Shown piece after piece: positions 1 to 10,700 of a DNA stretch of 64,000 nucleotides (position 1 is the stretch's first letter; each line of letters starts with the position of its first letter). The DNA is from a virus. Taxonomy: Duplodnaviria; Caudoviricetes. Location of the stretch: IMG/VR virus record IMGVR_UViG_3300033068_000713, positions 1-64,000 of that record; one strand, written 5' to 3'. The notes under the pieces were generated by a model. It had not been told where the DNA came from and made no database searches. It saw nothing but the letters and a program-made list of their open reading frames with translations. The translations under genes and the position numbers were made by a program.

Positions 1-2
1 CT

Positions 3-518
3 GGCCCTCCTGGTCCTGACGGTCCTCCTGGAACTAACGGGATTAACGGCACGCCTGGAACTCCAGGAAATCCTGGTACTGATGGCCTCCCTTCAAATGT
101 TCCTGGCCCTCAAGGGGAAATAGGCCCCCCTGGTCCTCCTGGGGAAAAGACGGCGATTGTCGAGACTCCATCTGGAAATGTCGGCCTCATGTGCGCCGAA
201 TATCCAGAAAGCCGTTTCTTCGATATTGTTTCGGGCACCATCTCCATGGCGGGATTGCTTCCGATTGACCCTACGTTTCTAGAGGTTATCGAATCCTCAA
301 GCCTTACAGCTGTCGCGCACGTCTGTGATATTCCCTGTGTTTTGGGGGTCTCGATCCAAGACGGCAATGTGCGCGTTCGCAGCGAAACCTGTGAATCCAA
401 GCACGTCACTGTCACCATCTCAGGCATCCGAAAAGGCTGTCTCGATAGGCGCTTCCCAATTTTTACCAAAAATCAAATGGAGCAAAACAACAAATTCTGG
501 GGACAAGCACATCAATAA
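3..518 (+). CDS. Collagen-like (Gly-X-Y) fibre/virion protein, 5'-truncated by window edge
   Basis: Frame open from base 3: GPPGPDGPPGTNGINGTPGTPGNPGTDGLP..GPQGEIGPPGPPGEK (15 GXY triplets), continuing in frame into the globular C-terminal ORF 189..518. Confidence 0.85.
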   Translation, partial: GPPGPDGPPGTNGINGTPGTPGNPGTDGLPSNVPGPQGEIGPPGPPGEKTAIVETPSGNVGLMCAEYPESRFFDIVSGTISMAGLLPIDPTFLEVIESSSLTAVAHVCDIPCVLGVSIQDGNVRVRSETCESKHVTVTISGIRKGCLDRRFPIFTKNQMEQNNKFWGQAHQ

Positions 519-532
519 AACCTTCTATAAAA

Positions 533-853
533 ATGAGTAAAAACACAATGGACACAATAACAAACGAAATGGAACCCTTGAAGATCAATGCCGGAGAGTG
601 GGATTATATTTGCGTGGAGGTGATTCGACACGAATCAACTGATGTTTACCTAAAGGTTCCGAAAGGTTGGAGGCCTTCTGGTCGAGACTATAAACTGTTA
701 GGTAGGGCCGCAAAAGAAACCACCCGTGACCACGATTGGGATAAATATGGATGGGAGAATGCCGTTGAGGTTAATGGCTTCAAGGTTGTGGAGGAGCAGG
801 AGGCGAGGCAATACGAGGTATTCAATGCATTACACCACCTATCGACCAAATGA
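533..853 (+). CDS. Hypothetical protein
   Basis: 106-aa ORF, ATGA-coupled to next gene. Confidence 0.7.
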   Translation: MSKNTMDTITNEMEPLKINAGEWDYICVEVIRHESTDVYLKVPKGWRPSGRDYKLLGRAAKETTRDHDWDKYGWENAVEVNGFKVVEEQEARQYEVFNALHHLSTK

Positions 854-1410
854 TAGCGCACTGGACCTATATTTTCAGGGGCGCTTTTACCCCCACCGAG
901 TGCAGTGAACTGATCGGATTTTCCAACGGTATCCCTGAACAAGTCGGCTCAATCGGTCACGGAGGAACGAGTATTGTCGATCCAAACATGCGCCGTTCGG
1001 AGGTAAAGTGGTTCAGCAAAAGAGATGCTCGACTTCAATCCCTTTTCTTCAAGCTCCAAACCCTTTGCGACGAGGCGAACCTTAAGAGCTTCAACTTCGA
1101 TCTCTCGGGATTTCTCGATGTGCAGTTCACCAAATACACGGCCCCAGGAGGCCACTACGACTGGCACGAGGATAACAACTGGGTAGACGGCAAACCTTCC
1201 ACTCGAAAGCTCTCCATGGTTCTCCAGCTTACCAATCCTGCGGAATACGAAGGTGGACAACTTGAACTTCAAGGCGGCATGGGACTTCAAACGCTTCAGC
1301 AGGGCGATGTTCTTTTCTTCCCCTCGTTCCTAAAACACCGCGTCACTCCTATGACGGCAGGTGTCCGGCATTCGCTGGTGACTTGGTTTATGGGTCCACA
1401 GTGGCGATAA
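850..1410 (+). CDS. 2OG-Fe(II) oxygenase (PKHD/prolyl-hydroxylase-like)
   Basis: HxD (WHED), RKLSMVLQL, YEGGQL, distal His and Arg in HRVTPMTAGVRHSLVTW. Confidence 0.92.
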   Translation: MIAHWTYIFRGAFTPTECSELIGFSNGIPEQVGSIGHGGTSIVDPNMRRSEVKWFSKRDARLQSLFFKLQTLCDEANLKSFNFDLSGFLDVQFTKYTAPGGHYDWHEDNNWVDGKPSTRKLSMVLQLTNPAEYEGGQLELQGGMGLQTLQQGDVLFFPSFLKHRVTPMTAGVRHSLVTWFMGPQWR

Positions 1411-1434
1411 TTTGGTTGATAAGGTGTGAACTAT
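1411..1434 (+). promoter_or_regulatory. Repeated motif copy TTTGGTTGA-TAAGG-TGTGAAC-TAT
   Basis: Immediately after the oxygenase stop codon. Confidence 0.7.
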
Positions 1435-1509
1435 TTGAGATGGTTTCGGGAATGAAAAAGATTGAAATCAGCAGCGAGAGAATCGAAGAGGCATTCCTAA
1501 AAACCAATT

Positions 1510-1740
1510 TTGGAGGATCGGAAAAAAACGGACCTTGGTCGCAGAGGCTTAATTGTAGATTGCATCCTAAAACACGCGGCTGGATATGCCGATGGGAGCA
1601 CTATTGACAACATTTGCATGGGCTTAGGTTTGCTGAATTCTGACCGAATCCCTTCAAAGTGGATGGTTCGCTGGGCCTTCGATCAAATCTACGCATCATC
1701 CCCAACTCTCCTCGAAAGACTTCAAACGCAGCCCGCATGA
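1510..1740 (+). CDS. Hypothetical protein
   Basis: TTG-start 76-aa ORF whose stop overlaps the ATG of the Dps-like gene. Confidence 0.45.
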   Translation: MEDRKKTDLGRRGLIVDCILKHAAGYADGSTIDNICMGLGLLNSDRIPSKWMVRWAFDQIYASSPTLLERLQTQPA

Positions 1741-2144
1741 AAAAGACCCTCACCACTCTCCGAACGATGCAGCTTCTCGCTCAGAGAGGTCATCACCTTG
1801 TGCAAGGCCCGACCTTCTTTTCCGACCACGAAAAGCTCCAATCCTTCTACGAGGAGTACGGCGACGGGTTTGACTCGGTAGCCGAAAACATGATCGGCAA
1901 TGGAGCGGTTCCTGACTTTGGAATGGTGAACCAAGATGCAGCCAAGGGTTCCGCAGCACCATCCGGCAGAAAGCCTGAGCAGTTCTTTCGTACTCTCCTG
2001 ACGATGGAAGAGGCGCTACAAGGCGCAATCAAGGAAGAGATGGCAAAGGCTACCGTAGGTGGTCAAAACCTCCTGCAAGGGCTTGCAATGGACAGCGACA
2101 GGCGCAAGTACCTAATGAAGGGTCGGCTCCTCAATCCTGCTTAA
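1737..2144 (+). CDS. dps: Dps/ferritin-like protein
   Basis: HHLVQGPTFFSDH...DSVAE gives H-x11-H-x14-D-x3-E, the Dps ferroxidase spacing; ATG at 1737. Confidence 0.8.
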   Translation: MKKTLTTLRTMQLLAQRGHHLVQGPTFFSDHEKLQSFYEEYGDGFDSVAENMIGNGAVPDFGMVNQDAAKGSAAPSGRKPEQFFRTLLTMEEALQGAIKEEMAKATVGGQNLLQGLAMDSDRRKYLMKGRLLNPA

Positions 2145-2150
2145 TTCTTT

Positions 2151-2816
2151 ATGACACGCACTTCTGCTGAATTGGCAAAACATGTATCCGACTCGATACA
2201 TAAGGCCCATCACAATCAGTCCAATCTTGATGAAGAGACACTCGAAATGGTGGGGTTTTGTACTCCCCTAATGAGGTCGATCTACAATAATCTTTGCTCA
2301 CTTCCAGACGTTGGATATCTGGAAGTTGGGGCATGGCATGGAGCTTCCCTCTGTTCGGCAGCTTGCGGGAACAAGGATGGCGTTTTTTATGCCATTGAAA
2401 ACTTTGCCCAAGATTTTGGGGGTCAGAATGTCCGTGAAGACCTTTTGAAAAACATTGAGGCGACAAAGCCCAAGAGTGGTAAAATCCGCCTGATTGAGGA
2501 AGACTTTTGGAGTCTCAGCGAGGAAACTAAAGTCGAGCTAGGATTCATCCGCTGCAACGTACTGATGTATGACGGGGAGCACTCTGAGGAATCGCAAAGA
2601 AAAGCCCTTACTTACTTACTCCCCTACATGGATTCACCCTGTCTGCTTCTCGTGGACGATGCATCCTGGGATACGGTCCAAGAGGGCACTCGAAAGGGAT
2701 TATCGGACATCTCTAAGCACATGAAGGTCGTCAAAGATTGGACATTCCACGTTACTCAAAACGACGATAAGTTTTTCCACAACGGATTGGCGATTTATCT
2801 CTTGGAGAAAGTATGA
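2151..2816 (+). CDS. Class I SAM-dependent methyltransferase (Methyltransf_24-like)
   Basis: YLEVGAWHGAS motif I, YDGEHS, LLVDD. Confidence 0.85.
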   Translation: MTRTSAELAKHVSDSIHKAHHNQSNLDEETLEMVGFCTPLMRSIYNNLCSLPDVGYLEVGAWHGASLCSAACGNKDGVFYAIENFAQDFGGQNVREDLLKNIEATKPKSGKIRLIEEDFWSLSEETKVELGFIRCNVLMYDGEHSEESQRKALTYLLPYMDSPCLLLVDDASWDTVQEGTRKGLSDISKHMKVVKDWTFHVTQNDDKFFHNGLAIYLLEKV

Positions 2817-2986
2817 ACATCCTGACGAAATACAGCCCTCCTCCCATTAAATCCCGCGTCTTTGACTGGTCGGCATGGCTCGATGGCGACGAGGATCGCT
2901 CCACTGGATTCGGAAAGACCGAAGAAGAGGCGATTGAGGATTTGAAGGAACGACTTGAGATCAGTAAACCAGAAACCGGAGAATGA
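2813..2986 (+). CDS. Small conserved phage protein
   Basis: Hand-translated 57 aa (PPPIKSRVFDWSAWLDGDE..GFGKTEEEAIEDL); ATGA overlap with upstream gene. Confidence 0.65.
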   Translation: MNILTKYSPPPIKSRVFDWSAWLDGDEDRSTGFGKTEEEAIEDLKERLEISKPETGE

Positions 2987-2987
2987 C

Positions 2988-3254
2988 ATGGACGGAAAAG
3001 AAGCTCACGAGATTTGTCAGAAAGCCATCTCAATCCTGAAGGAGCACTTTGATGCCGTTCAGATTCTCGCTACTTGGAACGAAGAAGGCGAAACTCGAAT
3101 CATGCGTCCAGGATTTGGGAACTGGTATGCCCGTCAGGGAATGGCGCATGAGTTCACCGACATGGACACCTCCCAGAGCGTGGCAATGGCCGTTGTTGAC
3201 ATGATGTGTGACGACGGAAGCTGTGATGATCCTGAATGTCCTGAGTGTAAATAG
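2988..3254 (+). CDS. Hypothetical protein
   Basis: ATG 1 nt after upstream stop; GFGNWYARQGMA motif, Cys-rich tail. Confidence 0.7.
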   Translation: MDGKEAHEICQKAISILKEHFDAVQILATWNEEGETRIMRPGFGNWYARQGMAHEFTDMDTSQSVAMAVVDMMCDDGSCDDPECPECK

Positions 3255-3257
3255 CTC

Positions 3258-4361
3258 ATGTACTTCTACAAAAAGTACGGCAAGACCCAGGAGGCGGACA
3301 AGGAGCAGTTCGTCGATTACCTTTCCCGGCGATTCTCCCTAGATCGTGTTATCGCCGCTAACCTGCTAGCGATTGCGGAGTCTGAAGGTCAACGAACGCT
3401 CTTTGTTCCCGCAGAAAAGGGGGCTAAATATCACAAATCTCTAGGCAAAGCTCTTCTCAAAACCGAAGCCCTGCTCAAAGAATCTCGCAATCTAAAGCAC
3501 CAGAAAGATGCAAGTGCCCGGAGGCAGGCAAAGAAAAAGCCCATTGAGTCTGCGGAGTTGGCAGTCTTTCGGAATTCCCTAACAACTCAATCCAATCCGA
3601 TTGTCGATTCTGCGCTGGCTTTCATGCGGAAAACGGCAGGAGATGGTCTGGCTGTGACGGAAACCGGGCTACAAGCTGTCGGAGAGAAAGTCTCGCCTGA
3701 ATCCTTGTCTGGCACGCTGGCTCGCTTCTGCGCGGCTAAAAATGGCGTGGATCAAAGCAGTTCGATCTTTGCTTGGGCGATTGGGGATGCCTGCAACTTG
3801 GCTCACAAACTCGGCTACTACCGAGCAGGACTTTACCCTTCCATTTCGGGCGTAACGAAGATCGCGGTCAACCATCTCAAGAAGATGGCGCACTTCTCCA
3901 AGATCATCCCGGAGTCGGTTCGGATTCCAGGTTGGCCGCAGTCCAGGTACCAGCAGCTTGTTCCGCACATCCGAAAACTGGAACCGTCGAAGATTGCTCG
4001 AGCTTTAGACCTGATCGCAGCGGGAGATTCTTCAGGGAGAGATTTGACCTTGGCAGAAGTCCGCAAGGTTCTCGCTCAAGTCTCGGGCAAGAAAGCTACG
4101 GCTCGCAAACTCTCTCCTCCCAAGTACCTCTTCATCACTCCATCGGGCCTGTGGTGCGGGAATCGTTTTCTCCCGACTGTAGCTCGCAATCCACGATCAC
4201 GGGTGGTTGACCTTGCATCATTGTGCGTGTTTGATGCCGCGCAAGAAGTCCTCTACAGAATCCGTCCAGCTTGTGCTGAAACTTCGCGCGATACGGTAAT
4301 GTCTCTTGCAGGGTTCGCCTTTGACGAAGAGGTTCTGGATGAGAGGGAGAAGATGGCATAG
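3258..4361 (+). CDS. Hypothetical protein with LmbU-like (W-x-IGD) helical domain
   Basis: 367-aa ORF; WAIGDACN...ISGVTKIAVNHLKKMAHFSKIIP..R resembles the phage LmbU-like DNA-binding family. Confidence 0.5.
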   Translation: MYFYKKYGKTQEADKEQFVDYLSRRFSLDRVIAANLLAIAESEGQRTLFVPAEKGAKYHKSLGKALLKTEALLKESRNLKHQKDASARRQAKKKPIESAELAVFRNSLTTQSNPIVDSALAFMRKTAGDGLAVTETGLQAVGEKVSPESLSGTLARFCAAKNGVDQSSSIFAWAIGDACNLAHKLGYYRAGLYPSISGVTKIAVNHLKKMAHFSKIIPESVRIPGWPQSRYQQLVPHIRKLEPSKIARALDLIAAGDSSGRDLTLAEVRKVLAQVSGKKATARKLSPPKYLFITPSGLWCGNRFLPTVARNPRSRVVDLASLCVFDAAQEVLYRIRPACAETSRDTVMSLAGFAFDEEVLDEREKMA

Positions 4362-4371
4362 ATAGAACAAC

Positions 4372-4740
4372 TTAATTTCCATAGTCTACTGCGACAAGCC
4401 TTCCGTCCACCCAACCAAAGCTGTCCATTTTGATTTCAACCGGAATTACATATTCCCCTCTATCTGTCCAGCCTTCCAAATCCATATTGTCGTATTGTTC
4501 GCGAGTTAGTGGTGTGGCTCTTTTCATTACCGTAACCCACCCTCCAGGAAGAGACCATAATACAGGGCATAATTCCGGCCATTTGGATTTCCAAAATTTA
4601 CGCTCTTGCATATTGGCGAGAAGTCCCAGCAAAAAAAGTCTCCATTCTTGCAAGGCGGGAATCTTTACTGCTAGATTTCCAACCAAAATGACGACCCTAG
4701 TTGTTCCAAAAGACACCGATACTAGTTTGGATGATGCCAT
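4372..4740 (-). CDS. Minimal protein-kinase-like fold protein
   Basis: GTTRVV, AVKIP, NMQE, VMKRA, EIKMDSFG, VAVDYG in 122 aa. Confidence 0.6.
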   Translation of the reverse strand: MASSKLVSVSFGTTRVVILVGNLAVKIPALQEWRLFLLGLLANMQERKFWKSKWPELCPVLWSLPGGWVTVMKRATPLTREQYDNMDLEGWTDRGEYVIPVEIKMDSFGWVDGRLVAVDYGN

Positions 4741-4776
4741 AAACTAATTGTGCAGAAATTGGTATGGATTAGCACA

Positions 4777-7700
4777 TCACTCAAGCCCCAACTTCTTCTT
4801 CGCCGCACTTGTAGCCGCAGAGGAGATGCCGGAAATCGCTTTGTCCCGCTCGTCCGTAGACATGGCCCTTAGCTTGGGGAGTTGAGCGTACATCGAGTCT
4901 TTAATGAACTGTCCGCGAGTCTTGATGTACTGTGCCCAGCGTCGGTCGGTCATAAATCCGTTCTTGGATTCCAACGTGGAGCGAAGGGGCATCGAAGGCG
5001 TTGCTCCAGTTTCGAGCATGAACTCATACAAGGGTTGGTTCACGCTTCTTCCCTTTCCGGCGACGTAGATCGGGAAGCCTGTATAGTTGGCCTTGTCGCT
5101 GGTCTTGGTGAAAAGATCGAGCGGCTGGAATCCCTTCTCGTCTCCGAGGAAGTTCAGAGCGGGTTCTCCTGCTAGGGAAACGAGGGGGAGATTGGCGATG
5201 ATCGAGGCTTTGACGCTGGAGTTGTCAAGAGGGCCTTGAACGAGTCTAGTGAGGGACTTGGTAAATCCGCTCCATGGAACGATGCCCGTTGCCATCCAGG
5301 TCAAAGAACCTGCTGCACTACGGTCGGATTGATCGGAAATCCCGACAATATTGGTCAGGTTTTTTAGGCCGAAGAAGTTCGTGGCTTTTAGTCCTGCGCC
5401 CAACGCTCCCGTTGTCCAGTTGCCGAAGTTCTCGACGACGTTCTTATCTTCAAGTTGCCCGTTGAGGCGCATGTCATCCAAGGCTCCGACAGCAGCAGCC
5501 GGGAGTTTGAGGATTTCAGGGCCACCACGGGCATAGGAGATCGCAGCTTTGACTTTACCCTTATCCATCCATTCGATGGTGTAGGGGCGGTTTCCTGCCT
5601 TTAGCCAAGCATCGCGGAGGTTTCGGTCTTTCGGGCCGTATCCCGTGAAGTGGAAGCCTGTGTGCTTGTCGTAGTCATCATCGTCGTCCATGCCTGCCAG
5701 AGCGGCGGCAATCAGCATTCCGACTGTTCCTGCAACCCCTTCGACGTAGCGTTGACGGAGCTGAAGATCGGTTCCGATGGTTTGCTCGTAGAGCTTGGGA
5801 TCGACGCCGCTGCGCTTTTCCCGAGTCTTGGCATAAGCTCGCATCAGACCAACGGGAGTGAAGGCAAGAGAGCGGTTTGCCATGTTCACAGGAACGGTCA
5901 CAAATCCGGTCAAGATACGACCGAGCAGCGGGTCTTTCTCCCGTGCAAAGTTGGAAGCGTTCACCATGATCTGGGAGATAAGATTGGGAACATCCCATCC
6001 GGCTCCTTCTTCCTGAGCGCGAGTTCCGATTTCCATCTGCGCCTCGGAGGTGTATTGCCTACGAAGTTCTGCTCCCGACTCTTCTCCAAAGATGTCCGAA
6101 ACGGCGTTCTCCAGATAGGCGTTCATCTCATCCCGTCCAATCGCTCCAGCCTCCAACGGGGATGAACCATTGCGAGCGGCTTCTTGAGCCTTCTGCTGAG
6201 CGTAGGCGACTGACTTGGCAATAAGACCTTTAGCCTCCTCGGTGGTCAATCCTGGAACGTCCTTGAGCCCAGCAAGACGAAGAACACCTTGGCGAGCAAA
6301 GAACCGCTTCATCGTGTTGGTCATGGCTTCGTCAGCAGCCAGCATAACGCGGTGGGTGTAGTCCGTGGAGGCGAATAAGAATCGGGAAAGGCCCTTGAGC
6401 TTGGTTGCCGGATCGCTCGACTTCATCATTTCCCTTGAGCGGCGAAGGTCTTCCTTGAGGTTCCCTTCATCCAAATGGGTGTGCTCCGTGGAGGATGAGG
6501 TGACGCCTGACTTGAGGGCATAGCCAAAGTCGCCTGCAAAGCCTTTCACAGAATCGACGGCGTTGACCAAAGTTTGGGAGATTTGTGCCGGAACATCCGC
6601 TCGGCTGATCTTGCCCGTAGCCGCATCAGCGAGGATGGTTCCGATTTCAGTTCCGATGCGAGTCATCCCTGAGAAGACAGGCGTAGTGAACTGAATTGCC
6701 AGAGTTCCAATACCGCTGAGAACGGAGTTGGTGTAAGACCTTGCCAGCCGCTTCTTCCAAGTAAGATCGGGCATACTTTGAGCGACGATCTCGACCATCT
6801 CCTTGTGAAGTTTGGCCCGTTCCAAAACGCCACCCTTGTCCATCTGCGCATCGAGAGCAGCCATCTTGGCGTACTGCTCGGGCGTGATGTCCTTGAATCC
6901 GGCTTGTTCTGCCAGACCTTTAGCTACCGCATCGGAAGGGTCTAGGACACCTGTGCGAATGGCTTTTCGGATGGAGTCGATGGTTCCCTTCTCGATTCCC
7001 TTGAGGTCGAGGTCTTTGACGGCTTTCTGGAAGGCGATCTCACGGGCTTGGAGAATCTTTTCGCGGATCAATGGCGCATACTTGGATGCGAATCGGCTAG
7101 CCTCCTGCTCGCTGAATCCAGATTTGGTGAGGTATTGCTGAATCTTTTCTGCCGTCATCGCAGGATCGTGGAGGGCATAGCCTGCCGTTTCCATGATGTC
7201 CTTGGCGATGGCTTTGACGGAGACTCGCTTAGCCTTGCGGTCACGCTCCCGGTTCTCCTTGTTGGTGCGGAGTTTTCGGTTCTCGTCGTAAAGCCGTTGA
7301 GCGAGATTAGTTGCGACATTTGGATCAACCCCGAGATCGGAGAATCCTTTGGCGTAGCGTTGGATAAAGCCTTCCTGTGTGAGATGTCCGGGACGAGAAG
7401 TGTCCGTTAGCTCTGAGGTGAGAGCCTCTTTCTTGAGTTCCTGGATTTTGTTGCGCTGCTTCTCGGGTCCAACCCATTCGGAGTTGGCTTTGTCGATCTG
7501 GTCAATGATTCTATTGGCGTCCTCGGTTGGAATAGCCGCTAGCCTGGAATTGACATCATTCTCGAAAAGAGAAGCAATGTAATCCGCAACATCGTCATAC
7601 CGTTGATCGGTATTGACTTGCTCTCCTGAAGAAGATTTAGCAATGGATTCATTCAAGCTCTTGCGAACTTGAGCGCGAATCGAAGCGACGGCTTTTTGAC

Positions 7701-10700
7701 GATCATCAAACTTCATCCGAGCCACACTGTCAGGAGACAAGTTTTTCTCAGACAACACCTGAGATAGAATCTTGCGAGCCGTTGCCTCAGAGGCGTCTCG
7801 ATTCCCCATCATACCGCTCACGGTTTCCCATTGAGCGATCATGTCAGCCTTCCACTCGGGGCTAGCATCCCATTCGTTGATCTTTTCCCGAACCGCTTCG
7901 TCGATACGGTTCATCTTGCCTTCACGAAGATCGTCTTGGATTGTCGCAACCAGTTTGCGATAAAGGTCTTCCTTCTCTGGCTTTGACTTGGATTCAATGC
8001 CGAGTTCCTTGAGGGAATCGCGGATCATGCCGCCAAGTTCAGCGTTCAAATCATCGCTGCTTTGAACTAGAACCCCCGTGCCTGACGGCTTCTTTTCCCC
8101 TACAAAGAATAGGCTGGCAATCCGTTGTGCTCCGTCTTTTTCAAGTTGGGTTCGGAACGATTCTTCGGGCTTAGCCAACAATGAATCGACTGCTTTTTTA
8201 CGGTCAACCGGAAGGGGCTTGTACTTGGTTTTGATGCCAACGGAATCCAAGTCGTCGTCAGCCACTTTAACCTTGGAGTCATCCTTAACAGCTTCGTCCA
8301 AAGACTCCGCATCACCCTTGGCTTTCTCCTTGAGGGTCGCTTGATTCTTCTTGCTGGTGATTTTGGTGGAGGTGGTCTCCTCCTTTGCCTGCTGCACCAA
8401 CTTCGTAGTGCGAGACATTGGGTCTTGCTGTGAAATCCATGACCTCGTGTTGAGGGCTTGGGCAGACTCCCTGATTCCAGTATTGTCCCAGTTGTTATTT
8501 ACGTGCAGAAAAAGGGATTCGTTTTGGGTCTTTTCTGCAACGGCTTTGGCGTACTTCATCAGTACATGGTTCATCGCCTCAACGGCACCAGCAGCATTGT
8601 GTGGCTTCCCTTGAGCATCGCTGATCATCCGAGACATGTCGGCAATGAGTTCAGCCTGAAAGGTTGGGTTGCCGTAGATTTGGGTCATCTCCCAAGCCTT
8701 TCGAGTATTCTCATCGGATACCTTCATCTCGCTTTGGAGATTTCCCGATTGCCCTAGCAGTTTACGAGCATAAACCACCATTGGCTTGACTCGATTGATT
8801 ACTGACGGATTTCCCGCTTCGACCAAGCCCATACGCTGCATGAGCATAATGTCATCACGCGATACATTGAGTTCATCGGCCAAGGCTTGTGCGGCAGCTT
8901 CTCGTTCTTCGTCGGACTGGAAGCGTTGGAAGTCGGATTCCTCCAAGCGGTTCTTTGAAAGAGCGGGTTCTGAGGTTGAAACATCCCCCTCGTCGTCTTC
9001 CAATCCCGAAAAGGCATCAGGCTGGTTGAGCATTTTGGAGGCAAGACTTCTCGCCATCCGGTCTAGCTCTTTGTCGGGAATGTCAGTTCCGACGATACGA
9101 CGAACCAAATCCTTCAACGCATCCCAGAACTGTTTCCAGAGCGGATCGATTTTTGCGAGTTCTACCGGGTCTCCCTTTTCCAGACGAGCGATCATCCATT
9201 CCTGGAACATCGCCATCGGGTCATCGAGAAGCTCTGGATAGCGTTCGGCAATTTCACCCCATCCTTGTTTCTGGAGTTGGCTGGTAAGCCGGATGACTTG
9301 GTTGCGGAACTTGCTGTCCTTCGCCATCATCCATTGCAAACCACCATGGAACTGCTCGTGGAGAGCAACACGGAAGACGGCATCCTCGGGAGTTTCACCC
9401 TTAAGCGGAACGATCTCGTCCACCAGAACCACACTCTTGGAGGTTTGAGGGTCGAAGAAACCGTTCGCCTCAAGGATGGAGCGTAGAGACCTGCGAGAGA
9501 ACTTGCGGTTCTTGAACTCGGGAAGATTGAGAGCCGCTCTAGGATTGGGCGCAAAGAGCAGGTTGGACAGCATCCGCTTCCCGATGTCGGTCGATTTGAA
9601 GCGGTTGATCGCTGCGTCTACATGCTCTTGGGTGACAACCTTTGCCGGGATGTTGCGCTGACGGGAGTAGCGGATTGTGTCTTCGGCGTTATCGTCTACA
9701 CGGTTTTCGGCTTCCAGTGCGTCAATGTCGTCCTGAATCCGCTTGGCGCGTACAGGGTCGGTTGTCGTCGCGTCAAACTTTCGGTCTTCTCGTTCCTTGC
9801 GTGCAATCCTGAGCAGTTCAGCCTTATCCTGGGCGTCTTGTGCAGCCAGTTGTTCAGGTGTGCGCACAGCATTGCTCACCCGTTCAACGAGCTTCTGCTG
9901 AATGCTGTTGAGGGTCGTATCGCTGGATTGGTCTGCCTGCCAGCGGATGGCTTCCTGAACCACGTCGTCACTCCACTTGGCTTGAGCTACTGCGGGGAGG
10001 GTGGCGATTTCGGAGCGGAGGCTTGGTTCAAAGGATGGGACGGTACCTTCGGAAGGTACCGTATCAAGTGCCACTTGTTCTGCGGGAGCGATTGCTCCGG
10101 CATCGGAAGGCAGTACTTCTTCCACTCGTCCCAATTCGTTGCCGGGAACTGTTTGGTTTCCATCTGTAATTTCTGGTTGAATAGTTTCCTTCTGGAATAA
10201 AAAAGGGTTCTGCTCATAAGCATCAATAGCGGCAGCGATGAATGTGTTGGATAAATCATACTTGCTGAGCCTATTTCCGATATATCTAGGATTCTGTTTG
10301 TCGAGTTGGTAAGCCAAGTCCTCTATCAACTTACGAACGGGCTCAGGCTTATCAGACATCCACGCCTCATTCTGCTCACGTAGAGGGGATTGATCGAGTC
10401 TCGTTTCTGAGTTAAAATCGTAAGCATCTACTGCATCCTGAATGTAGGAAATCTTGCTCTTTTGAGGGGATTGAGGTGGAGTCGGAGAAGTTTCGATTGT
10501 TTCCTCTACCGATTCGTTAATTGTAGAGCTTGGCTCTGTAATTGTAGAGCTGGCGTCACTAATTGTAGAGGTCATCCGATTGCGGATGATTTGCTCCCGC
10601 TTTTGATCCATTAGGGCGTCTGCGCCGTCGAAGTCTTGCGCATCTACCAAAGCCAGTACTTGCGGATCATCTGCCAGATCGAGGGCTTCGTTTTCAATAG

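Noticed and set aside
850-1410. TET/JBP-type DNA oxygenase
   Set aside because: Motifs fit the PKHD/prolyl-hydroxylase-like clade, and it is not adjacent to the C5-methyltransferase
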